Of a stretch of 57,852 nt of DNA, positions 28,761 to 38,200 are shown one piece after another. The stretch comes from a virus (lineage: Duplodnaviria > Caudoviricetes), in IMG/VR virus record IMGVR_UViG_3300037470_000433, positions 1-57,852 of that record; one strand, given 5' to 3'. How positions within the stretch are numbered: position 1 is the first letter of the stretch; each line of letters opens with the position of its first letter. Under the pieces are notes generated by a model, which searched no databases, had not been told where the DNA came from, and saw only the letters and a list, made by a program, of their open reading frames with translations. The translations under genes and the position numbers were made by a program.

Positions 28761-29702
28761 ATGAACGAACCAAGACACTTCAACACGGCAGAGATTGACT
28801 GGAAAAAGTCCCGGCTCGATCTTTGCCACGAGCTGGGGATGAACCTCCCTTTGATCAGGGCAATTCAAAACCATGTGTTTGGCCACCCTGGGCCGACACT
28901 TTACTGGTCGCTGCGCTACGGAGGGCTGGCATGGGACGCGGTTGACTGGGAAGCTGAGAGCGACTCGATGATTGCAGAGCGCTTGCAGGTCCAGCCGTTT
29001 GTTGTGCGGCAGTACCGATGCAGAAACTGCAAGCCAGCGCCAACAAGCCTGAAAAACCGCAAGGGTCGGAAAATGGTGATAGACCCAGAGGCACTGGCGA
29101 AGGTTGACTGGGCCAACTACGGCGACACCGAAATCAGCGAGCAGCTCGGAGTTTGCCGTGAGCGCATCCGCCAGCTTCGGATGGAGGCTGGCGTGCAATG
29201 CAGATTCCATCGCTTCTCCCGGATAGGGGCTAAGATCGCAAGGTGGATGCTTGAAAACCGTGATCGAATCAACGGCATGGCAGGGCGCGACATGATCGCA
29301 GTGTGCCCGCACAAAACGCACGACAGCCACATGCGCAAGCTGGTCAGGCAGGCGTGCAGAATCCTGGGGATACAACTGACCTGGGAGAATGCCACCAAGA
29401 AGCACACCTCCAAATACGCGCTGCTCAACTTCAGGCTGCCGAACAGCGTCCTGGCGGATGTGTGGGGAATGAACGCCTCGTGCGTCGCCAACTGTCGCAA
29501 TCAAAACCATCAGCAGCTTTCAGATTGGCGGTTCGGCGGATTCTGCCGCCGGCCCGCTGATCTCCCTGACTTCCAGGAGGCGCTTCACGAGGAAGTTTTC
29601 AAAGCCACCAAGGCTGGGGTGGTTGTGGACATCGAGAACCTTCAGCTCCGTTACGGGGCGATCAGGCTTCAAGAGACTGTTGATCGTGCCTCTGTTAGTT
29701 AA
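28761..29702 (+). CDS. Multi-HTH DNA-binding protein
   Basis: AAAGGAC leader; repeated 'VDW…D…IxExLGV…R' units. Confidence 0.6.
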   Translation: MNEPRHFNTAEIDWKKSRLDLCHELGMNLPLIRAIQNHVFGHPGPTLYWSLRYGGLAWDAVDWEAESDSMIAERLQVQPFVVRQYRCRNCKPAPTSLKNRKGRKMVIDPEALAKVDWANYGDTEISEQLGVCRERIRQLRMEAGVQCRFHRFSRIGAKIARWMLENRDRINGMAGRDMIAVCPHKTHDSHMRKLVRQACRILGIQLTWENATKKHTSKYALLNFRLPNSVLADVWGMNASCVANCRNQNHQQLSDWRFGGFCRRPADLPDFQEALHEEVFKATKAGVVVDIENLQLRYGAIRLQETVDRASVS

Positions 29703-29705
29703 CCA

Positions 29706-29733
29706 TTGACTGTTGGCCGCGTCTGCTTACAAT
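29706..29733 (+). promoter_or_regulatory. Sigma70-like promoter upstream of the ParB-like gene
   Basis: TTGACT-16 nt-TACAAT. Confidence 0.55.
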
Positions 29734-29759
29734 AGCCGGCGCGGCCATTATTATTATTT

Positions 29760-30686
29760 ATGAGCAAACTATTCTTCCTGTCAGACATAAACCCAGATTC
29801 CCCCACCGTTCGCGACACCATCCGGGAGGATGTTGTTGACCAGTATGCCGAGAGCTACCGGCAAAAGCAGCCGATGCCACCCATCGTGGTATTCGCTGAT
29901 CCCAAGGCCAAGAAATACTACCTGGCCGACGGCGCGCATCGCTGTGCGGCAGTCGCCCTGCTGGGGCGCAAGGCGCTGGAGGCTGATGTTTACGAGGGCT
30001 CTTATGCCGACGCCCTGCAATACGCGCTCCGCGCCAACAACACGCATGGGGTGCAGCGATCTCCAGCCGACAAGCGCAAGTGCATCACCGCGGCCATCAA
30101 GCAGTGGCCGGAGGAGCCGAACCTGAGCATCGCCAAGCGCTGCGACGTTGACGACAAGACCGTCAAGGCCGTCCGCGACGAGCTGGAGGCTGCCAAAGTG
30201 GTCGCTCCAGCGCCCATCCGGATCAGCGCCAAGGGCCGGAAAACCCCCGCCACCAGGACCTCTCCAGTTCGGAATTCCGAAGTAGCCGACCCTGTGCCGG
30301 AAGCCTCCCCAGCTCCGGTTGTGGACAAGAACGGCACCCCGATCCCTGAAGGGGTGCAGCAGTATTGGAAGCGGTCCGCTGAAGTAATCGTATTGGGGGC
30401 CCAGATCAACGAAGTCATCAACTCCCTGCGGCATGCCGACAAAGAGAAGGACAGGCTGTTTGCGCAGTGCAATCTCGCTTCAGCGGTCGCTGATCTGGAC
30501 CGGGTGCGCACGACGATTGGATACGCCATGCCATACGCGGTCTGCACGCAATGTGCGGGACATCCAGAGGCACAGCCCAAGGGCGAGTGCCGGCTCTGCA
30601 AGGGGGTTGGGCTGATCAGCAAGTTCTATTGGGATCGGCTCGTGCCCGAAGAAGTGAAGGCCATCATTGCCAAAGGAAAAAAATAA
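29760..30686 (+). CDS. ParB/Srx-domain protein with HTH and C-terminal zinc finger
   Basis: 'PPIVV…YYLADGAHR…ANNTHG'; HTH 'NLSIAKRCDVDDKTVKAVR'; CTQC…CRLCKG. Confidence 0.85.
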   Translation: MSKLFFLSDINPDSPTVRDTIREDVVDQYAESYRQKQPMPPIVVFADPKAKKYYLADGAHRCAAVALLGRKALEADVYEGSYADALQYALRANNTHGVQRSPADKRKCITAAIKQWPEEPNLSIAKRCDVDDKTVKAVRDELEAAKVVAPAPIRISAKGRKTPATRTSPVRNSEVADPVPEASPAPVVDKNGTPIPEGVQQYWKRSAEVIVLGAQINEVINSLRHADKEKDRLFAQCNLASAVADLDRVRTTIGYAMPYAVCTQCAGHPEAQPKGECRLCKGVGLISKFYWDRLVPEEVKAIIAKGKK

Positions 30687-30687
30687 C

Positions 30688-31080
30688 ATGCCAGCCAAGA
30701 AGCCGACGGTTAAACTGGTCTGTGCTGTTTGCCTGCGCCAGTACGAGGTGATGCCCTATCGGGCAAGCATATCGAAATGCTGCTCAAAGTTATGCGCTCA
30801 AAAATACGCCGCCAGGTTCGCGGCTCATATTCAAGAGGCAAAGCGTGGCACAGGAACCAAGCACCGATACGTGAAAAGAGGGGGTCGCCACGAGCACCGA
30901 GTTGTCGCAGAGATGAAGCTGGGCCGACCGCTTGGAGCGGGAGAAGTGGTTCACCACATTGACGGGAACGGCCACAACAACAATCCCGACAATCTTCAAG
31001 TGATGACGCAATCCGAACACATGAGACTGCACCTGCCTGAGATGGCGGAAGCCAAGAGGTCCAAGGGGGAGCGCGTATGA
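30688..31080 (+). CDS. HNH endonuclease with N-terminal Zn ribbon
   Basis: CAVC…CCSKLC; 'HEHRVVAE…EVVHHIDGNGHNNNPDNL'. Confidence 0.9.
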   Translation: MPAKKPTVKLVCAVCLRQYEVMPYRASISKCCSKLCAQKYAARFAAHIQEAKRGTGTKHRYVKRGGRHEHRVVAEMKLGRPLGAGEVVHHIDGNGHNNNPDNLQVMTQSEHMRLHLPEMAEAKRSKGERV

Positions 31081-32732
31081 AGATAACCCCAAGACCATAT
31101 CAAATCGAAGCCCGGCGCTGCGTTCTCGACCAGTGGAAGGAGGTTACATCAACACTTGTCTGCAAGCCGGTTGGAACCGGGAAAACAATTCTGTTCGCCC
31201 TGATCATTGAGGCGATGCGGCCACAGCGAGCCATCGTCATCGCTGAGCGAACAGAGCTGATCTGGCAAGCCAGAGACAAAATTCAGCGCACCACTGGACT
31301 GGAGTGCGGGATCGAGATGGGTGAACTGAGCGTAAATAACGACTCGCTGTTTGGCGCCATGCCGGTGGTTATATCCACCATTCAAACACAGTGCAGCGCG
31401 ATGGGCGACCGAAGGCGCATGTCGAGGTTCAACCCAAAGGACTTTGGGGTAATGGTCATTGACGAGTGCCACCACTCCACAAGCAGGTCCTATCGCGACC
31501 TGATCAACTACTACAAAAGCAACAATCCAGACATCCGGATTGTCGGCGTAACTGCCACCCCAGATCGTGCCGACGAGGAGGCATTGGGGCAGGTGTTCGA
31601 GACGGTGGCTTTCGACTATGAAATCCTGGACGCGATTCACGACGGCTGGCTCGTCCCAGTGGAGCAACAGTTCGTCAGCGTTGGTGGGTTGGACTTCTCG
31701 CAAATGCGGACCACTGCTGGAGACTTAAACGGCGCTGACCTGGCTCAAATCATGGAGTCAGAGCGGAACATGCAGGGCGTTGCCTCCCCTTCGATTGAAA
31801 TTATTGGCGACAAGCGGGCGTTGGCCTTCACGGCGTCAGTAAAACAGGCCGAAACTCTGTCGAACATCTTTAACCGCCACAAGCCTGGGTGTTCAGAGTG
31901 GGTGTGCGGAGCAACCAATAAAGATGTTCGCAAGGAGATGCTTGCCAGGTTCCAGGGGGGCGAAATTCAAATCATGGTCAACTGCAACTGCCTAGCTGAG
32001 GGATTTGATGATCCAGGCGTGGAGGTGATTTTGCAGGCTCGACCAACGAAAAGTCGCAGCCTGTATGCCCAACAAATCGGGCGCGCAATGCGCCCGCTTC
32101 CTGGGATTGTTGACGGGCCCGAGACGCCAGACCTTCGCAAGTCCGCTATTGCTGGAAGCAAAAAGCCGTCATGCCTGATCGTGGACTTCGTCGGCAATAG
32201 TGGCCGCCACAAGTTGATGACCTCTGCTGACATCTTGGGCGGCAAGGTCAGCGACGAGGCGATTGAGCGAGCCATCATCAAGGCTAAGAAGGACGGCGGG
32301 GCGGTCCGCATGTCGGATGCGCTCGATCAGGCCGATGAGGAAATCCGCCAGGAGGCCGAGGAGCGACGCCGCGCCGAGGAAGCTCGCAAGGCGCGGCTGG
32401 TGGCGAAGGTCAACTACTCCGCCCGGTCCGTCAGTCCATTCGACATGCTCCAGATCGCGCCGGTAAAGACGCGAGGCTGGGACAATGGTCGGACCTTGTC
32501 AGAAAAACAGAAAGCCTACCTGCTTCGTCAGGGCGTCAACCCGGACACCATTCCATACGCCCAGGGGCGGCAGCTACTGACAGCAATGTTCAAACGGATG
32601 GACGCCAAGTTGGCCAGCCTAAAACAGTTAAAAGTTCTAGCTCGATATGGATACACAGACGCAACAATGCCGTATGACCAGGCATCTAAGATTTTGGATT
32701 CTCTGGCCAGAAACGGATGGAGGAAGCCATGA
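31077..32732 (+). CDS. Superfamily 2 DExD/H helicase
   Basis: RPYQ, GTGKT, IDECHH, TATP, EGFD, QQIGRAMR. Confidence 0.95.
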   Translation: MKITPRPYQIEARRCVLDQWKEVTSTLVCKPVGTGKTILFALIIEAMRPQRAIVIAERTELIWQARDKIQRTTGLECGIEMGELSVNNDSLFGAMPVVISTIQTQCSAMGDRRRMSRFNPKDFGVMVIDECHHSTSRSYRDLINYYKSNNPDIRIVGVTATPDRADEEALGQVFETVAFDYEILDAIHDGWLVPVEQQFVSVGGLDFSQMRTTAGDLNGADLAQIMESERNMQGVASPSIEIIGDKRALAFTASVKQAETLSNIFNRHKPGCSEWVCGATNKDVRKEMLARFQGGEIQIMVNCNCLAEGFDDPGVEVILQARPTKSRSLYAQQIGRAMRPLPGIVDGPETPDLRKSAIAGSKKPSCLIVDFVGNSGRHKLMTSADILGGKVSDEAIERAIIKAKKDGGAVRMSDALDQADEEIRQEAEERRRAEEARKARLVAKVNYSARSVSPFDMLQIAPVKTRGWDNGRTLSEKQKAYLLRQGVNPDTIPYAQGRQLLTAMFKRMDAKLASLKQLKVLARYGYTDATMPYDQASKILDSLARNGWRKP

Positions 32733-33283
32733 CTAAAACATGCACAAAATGCCACACTGAAAAGAAGATTGATCAATTCGCCGTCAACGCACGATACCCA
32801 CAGGTTGCGTGGTCAAAATCCAAGGGAAGATACCCTAGATGCAGGGATTGCATTAAGTCCGAAAACCAATCCTACTATCAGAAAAACTCCACGACTGTTA
32901 AGTCCAAGGCCGTAGCGTGGCGGGCCAAGAACAGCGCCAGATACTCCGAATACATGAAGGCCAGATACAAAGCCGACAAAGGGAGGTTCAAGGACAAGAT
33001 ACTCCAGAGGGTTTATGGCATCACAATGGAGGATTACAACTTCATGCTGCATCAGCAGGGCTTCGTATGTGCGTGCTGCTTTAGTAAAGATTCAGGGTAT
33101 AAGAGCGGATGCTTCGGCGTGGATCACTGCCACAAGACTGGCAAGGTTCGCGACCTGCTGTGCTCGCGATGCAATCTGACAATCGGCATGATTGAGGACA
33201 ACCCTCACTTGGCGCTAATGATGGCCAGCTACCTTTTCGAGCACGGACATGGACAACAATCACAACTAACACCACAAAACTGA
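32729..33283 (+). CDS. Endonuclease VII-family nuclease (probable homing endonuclease)
   Basis: CTKC…CRDC; 'YGIT…CACC…VDHCHKTGKVRDLLCSRCN'. Confidence 0.9.
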   Translation: MTKTCTKCHTEKKIDQFAVNARYPQVAWSKSKGRYPRCRDCIKSENQSYYQKNSTTVKSKAVAWRAKNSARYSEYMKARYKADKGRFKDKILQRVYGITMEDYNFMLHQQGFVCACCFSKDSGYKSGCFGVDHCHKTGKVRDLLCSRCNLTIGMIEDNPHLALMMASYLFEHGHGQQSQLTPQN

Positions 33284-33286
33284 ATT

Positions 33287-33619
33287 ATGCCTAACATTAT
33301 TACCTGCAAGCTGGATGTCACTTTGATAGACAAAAAGCGCCTGTTCCAAGGTCGTAAGAAGAACCGAAAGGACGTGCTCCCGCAGTATCTGGACCTGGTC
33401 CTGATTCCAACCAGGCCAACACAGTACGGCGACCAGCGCGACGAGCAGACGCACATGGTTTTGCAGTCTGTCACCAAAGAGGAGCGCGACAAGGGCATCA
33501 AGGGCGAAATCCTTGGCAACGCCGTGGAGCGCATTGGCGAGCGGGACCGGAGAGCGCCAGCGGCAGCAGAGCCGACGCATCCCGCAGACGACGGAGAGGA
33601 TTCAGAAATTCCATTCTGA
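33287..33619 (+). CDS. Putative single-stranded DNA-binding protein
   Basis: 'LDVTLIDK…YLD…ILGNA' and an acidic tail ending DSEIPF. Confidence 0.7.
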   Translation: MPNIITCKLDVTLIDKKRLFQGRKKNRKDVLPQYLDLVLIPTRPTQYGDQRDEQTHMVLQSVTKEERDKGIKGEILGNAVERIGERDRRAPAAAEPTHPADDGEDSEIPF

Positions 33620-33622
33620 CCT

Positions 33623-33916
33623 ATGAAACCACGCTTTACCACCAAGGACGAGATCATCGCCCTGATTGATAAATACAAGGCCGAGCACGCGAAGATGTGT
33701 GTCCGCGTTCACGACCTGGAATTCCTGTCGAGCCGGTTGCTGGGCACTTGCGAGCAGCACCGCGTCAGCAGCATCCGCGAACAGGCGGACAAGATTCGCG
33801 CTCAGATAAGCTGGCGCGAGACGAGACTGGGCAATCTGGGCGAGAAGCTGGCCGAGTTCCAGACGCCCCAGTTGCCCGGCGTGGACAACGGCGATGTCAG
33901 CATTCCAAGATCATGA
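33623..33916 (+). CDS. Hypothetical coiled-coil protein
   Basis: 97-aa coupled ORF. Confidence 0.6.
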   Translation: MKPRFTTKDEIIALIDKYKAEHAKMCVRVHDLEFLSSRLLGTCEQHRVSSIREQADKIRAQISWRETRLGNLGEKLAEFQTPQLPGVDNGDVSIPRS

Positions 33917-34758
33917 GCGCCATGCGTAGAGTCTCCAAGGCCAACCCATGTCCAGCGTGCGGCAAGGATTCGTGGTGCATGCTGGGCGTGGACATCGCTC
34001 TCTGCGCTCGTGTGCCCAGCGCTCGCAGCAAGACGTTCGCGGACGGGACGGTGATGTATTTCCACCGCAAGGACGCCAAGCCGCTGCCACTGCCAGCTCG
34101 GAAATCCGAGCCGCCGCCCCCAGTGCTCAATGTCCGGCTCAAGCTGGAGTCCTGGGCGCGGTCCCCATTCAGTATTCGCGACCCCAAGATTCTGGCCGAT
34201 CAGCTTGGGGTATCCGCAGCCGCGCTGCGCACGCTGGGCTGCATCGCCACCGATCAGCACAAGGTATGGGGCTTCCCTATGTATTGCGGTGACGGCAGCC
34301 CGGTGGGCATCCGCATGCGCCACGAGAACGGGCGCAAGTGGGCGCTGCCAGGAAGTCACAATGGCATCTTCCTGCCACAGTGCGAGCCACAGCCAGAGTG
34401 CGTGGTGTGCGAAGGGCCGACCGATTCAGCGGCGGCGCTCACCATGGGCATGTTCGTCATCGGACGGCCCAACTGCTCCGCGTGCGCCACTGACATCGTG
34501 GCCACCGTGAAGCGGCTCAAGATCAAGCGAATCACCATCGTTGCCGACGTGGATCAGGACCGACAGCGGTCAGTCGGCGGCGGGGTGTTTTACAACCCAG
34601 GTCTGGACGGAGCCCGCAGCCTAGCCGCCATCCTGACCATTCCAACTCGCATCGTCACGCTTCCCTGTAAGGACCTGCGGAGCTTCTTGCAGGCCGGCGG
34701 AAGCCTGGCGACCTTTGAATCAATCGCAAATCAACTCGTGTGGAACAAACCAAAATGA
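33913..34758 (+). CDS. Primase-like protein (Zn finger + TOPRIM)
   Basis: CPACGKDSWC; 'VCEGPTD'; 'IVADVD'; 'KDLR'. Confidence 0.8.
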   Translation: MSAMRRVSKANPCPACGKDSWCMLGVDIALCARVPSARSKTFADGTVMYFHRKDAKPLPLPARKSEPPPPVLNVRLKLESWARSPFSIRDPKILADQLGVSAAALRTLGCIATDQHKVWGFPMYCGDGSPVGIRMRHENGRKWALPGSHNGIFLPQCEPQPECVVCEGPTDSAAALTMGMFVIGRPNCSACATDIVATVKRLKIKRITIVADVDQDRQRSVGGGVFYNPGLDGARSLAAILTIPTRIVTLPCKDLRSFLQAGGSLATFESIANQLVWNKPK

Positions 34759-34761
34759 ACT

Positions 34762-35091
34762 ATGCCAACCTGGACCAGAGAGCAACTTGAAGCCTATGAA
34801 AATCGTCGTGCGCCATCGCGTGCCAACCTTAAACGCCCTGCTGAAGCTGTCGTGGCGCGGCCAGCACACCGAGAAGAAAAAAACGCAGGCCGCTATGCTG
34901 TTGTCATTACGAGCTTCCGAGTCAGACTTGCTGACGATGATGCGCTCATCGGGAAATACTTTGTGGATGCGCTCCGCTACGCCGGACTGCTCGCCAGCGA
35001 TGAGGTTGGCGGACTGGATTACCAGGTCCGACAAGCTAAAGTCTCACACAAGTCCGATGAGAGAACTGAAATAACCATTGAACCAATATGA
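34762..35091 (+). CDS. RusA-like Holliday junction resolvase
   Basis: 'LADDDALIGKYFVDALRYAGLLASD…TEITIE'. Confidence 0.65.
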   Translation: MPTWTREQLEAYENRRAPSRANLKRPAEAVVARPAHREEKNAGRYAVVITSFRVRLADDDALIGKYFVDALRYAGLLASDEVGGLDYQVRQAKVSHKSDERTEITIEPI

Positions 35092-35288
35092 AGGCACACG
35101 AAAAACAGGAACTGCTCGCCAAGGCCGCCGACAAGCTGAAGATGGCCTCACACTTCGCCGAATCGTATCGCAAAGAGCCAGCCAGTGCGGCGCAGGCGTC
35201 CACACTCAATAAGCTCGCCAGCGAAGCCAGCGCGGCGGCCATGGAGTATCTGAAGGCGATGACGGCGATCATGCCGCCGAGGGTGTGA
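35088..35288 (+). CDS. Hypothetical protein
   Basis: Last gene of the plus arm; converges on the giant gene. Confidence 0.5.
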   Translation: MKAHEKQELLAKAADKLKMASHFAESYRKEPASAAQASTLNKLASEASAAAMEYLKAMTAIMPPRV

Positions 35289-38200
35289 TTATTCGTCGAA
35301 CTTCGGTAGGATGACGCCTTTGGCGGCCTCCTCCAGCATCAGGTCGAAGTACTCCAGCCGCTGGTAGGCATCATCACCGATGCGGGCGCGCAACGCCTCC
35401 ACGTCCTCATCGGTGAGCTTCGCCCCGTTGACCTTCTTCAAAATCTTGGATCGCGTGAACGCTTCGGTCATGCTTCCGCCGTTCTCCAGCGTCAGCAAAA
35501 CTTCCGACGCCTTCTGCCACGCTTCGTAAAACTCATCAGCCTTCCCGTCCTTCAACGCTTCCACCGCCTTCTTGATCTCCACCCGAAAATCAGCGCGCAC
35601 GTCCGTGTCGCTGAAGTCGCGCACCTCTTTGAACCCTTCGTAGTCCCGCCGCCAGCGCTTGAACGCGTCAATGGATGCGTCGAGATACTGATCGTTCTGC
35701 GACAGTCCCACCCACGACAGCACTGTCCGGATTGCCTTGGTCCCTGGAATCTTGCTGGACGCGAACTTCCCAATGCGATCAAACGTGCTCAGGTCGCGGT
35801 ATTTTCCCGCCTGCTGTCCAAAGTCAATCAGGTCGGTGGTGATGGTGTAGGGGAACGCGGTGCGGGTGACGCTCTCACCAACCCCAAGGATACCCTTCGC
35901 GTTCAGCCCGCGCCAGATGATATACATCGGGCCTGACAGCGTGGCCAGGAACGCCTCCGTCAGAAACTCCATCGGATCGTCCTTCGCTTCCTCCAGCTTC
36001 AATTCCAGCCCTTTGATGCCGCTGAAGAACAGCGACGTGATTCCCACCGTAAGCACACCCTGCGCTGCTGTGCCGAACAAGAAGCGGGCGAGCTGCTCGG
36101 TGGACGTGCGCTTCTCCCACGCGTTACCGCCTTCCAGCCACGCCTCCGACGCCGCCATCAGCACGCGCCGAAATTGATTCAGCTTCATCATTGGATACGA
36201 GTGGAAGCGGAAGATCGAGTTGAACAACCGGTTCGCCCCAAGGCGGCTGCCCTCGGCAATCGCCTTGTTGCCCGACGTAAGGAACGCCGACGCCTTGCGC
36301 TCAAACTGGCCGAGCAAGTCAGGATCGCCCTGCATCAGGCCCATCACTTCATCCTGGTTGAAGCCCATCGCCTTGAACGTCTGCGGCAGCATGCGCTTCT
36401 GCCAGTCGGTCAGGTTGCCGCTGGTGATGTCCTGCGCCGTGATGCGCGCGGCGGCGGCAGCGCCGGCCTCTTGCAGCTCGTTGAACGCCTGCTCGACGAA
36501 GATTTTGGAGATCGCATTGCTGGAGATCTTGAACGCCGAGCGCACTGGCGATTTGGAGTCGTAGGCGAAATCGTAAATGACCCGGTTAACCATGCCCGCC
36601 CGCTCCATCTCGGGGTAGAGCTGCTTGATCTGGGCGAGGCCGCGCAGGTATGCCTTGTAGCCCAGGAACGCTGGCGTCGCACCGGCGATCACTTCTCCCG
36701 GCTGCACGAACAACTGGCCCGACAGCGCCAGGCGCGCCATGAGGTTGCCGATGGTCTGGTTGAAAAGGCGCAACGACGTGCCGCCAACCTGGGTTGACCC
36801 AAAGAATTCCCGACCTGAGTAGTCATCGGTAGGGTGGCCTTGCAGGGACGCGATAAATGCTTGTAGGTCTTTCTGGTAGTTCGCGGGCAGTCCCCGGTTC
36901 AGTCCTTTGACTAGCTCTTTCAGCTTCTCTTGTCCGGCGGGATTGAACGGGAACACTTCGCGAAACGCGACCGCATGGCTGGCGCGCTGCGCAGAACTCT
37001 CAAGGTATCCAAATAGGTCGGAGTGAACGACAGGCTGCCAGTGCCCATTGTGGCGGATGTGTGTAACCACCTTGGGGAAGCGGCGCGAGAAGTCCTGGTT
37101 GAACCGCTCAATGGAAGTGGCGTCAATGCCCGGGGTGTCCAGCATCCCTTTCCACTCCATGAAAAACTCGCGCACGCCGGCAATTGGCAGCTTGTTGATT
37201 CGCGCCAATCCGGCGGTCCACTTCTCCCAAAGGCCAGGAGCTTCCGGCTCTTTGCCTTCTGGCTTGGGGCGTGGTCCGGTGCGGATCACTTCATAAGCCG
37301 CCGCGTTGATGTTGCGCTGAAACAGTCCGCCCGCCTTGAAGCTGGGGACCACGCGCATGAACAATCGCCCGATCTCCAGGTTGGACACCTGTGCAGGAGT
37401 AATCACCTCAGAAGCCTCAATCGGCACGCCGCGCAGCGTTCCCTCCATCGCTCCGACGACGCGCGTCGCCGCCACGAACTTGGCCTCTGGATACGGCTGC
37501 GGCTCGTTCAACCACTTCATGCCTTTCAGATGGCGCGGCGAAACCCGGATTGGGTCAATCTTGCTGAGAAATGCCAGTGTGCGCTGCAAAGGGGACGCCC
37601 TTGCTGGAGCTGGCACTGGCATGCGGTTCCCTCCAGCAGCGCGCTTGGCTGGGTCCAGGTTGGGCGTTAATTCGCCATAGAGCTTCTTTTGCCGGTCAAT
37701 GATCTTCCGGAACGCCTCAGCAGCCTCGATGGCCAGCGGGCTGCCGTGCCGCTCAATGCGATCCACCATCCATGAGTCGTAGCTGGAGCCGAAGTCGCGG
37801 ATCAGGTTCGTGATCGTTGGGCCAGCGCGGCGGCGCAGCGTGGCCGGAAACTGTCCTTCCTCCGGGAAGTTCTGATCGAAAATCTGCTGGGCCTGCTCAA
37901 TGGTTGGGCGAGCGCCATACTTGCGGATGATGCGGTTGCGGACCTTGAAAGCGCCCTCCTTGCTGCGAAGCTCGGCGAGCTGCTTTCCGCCGGCTGCCTG
38001 AGCCTCGCGCTCAGCCTGCTTGCTCCATTCTTCCTTCGACATCTCGCTGAGAGGCCGGGTGTAGCCGACGGCCTGGCTGCGCTCCTGGATGAACTTCTCG
38101 CGGGCGGCGCGTTCTGCATCCGATTCTGCCGGGTTAACAGGCGGAGCACCTCGTAGGCGTCCCGCCACTTCGGGTGGCATGGCTGGCCCTTGCAGCCCAC

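Noticed and set aside
29760-30686. Classical ParABS plasmid-prophage partition system
   Set aside because: No ParA/Walker-type ATPase, plasmid Rep or canonical parS was recognised, and the palindromes are dispersed rather than clustered
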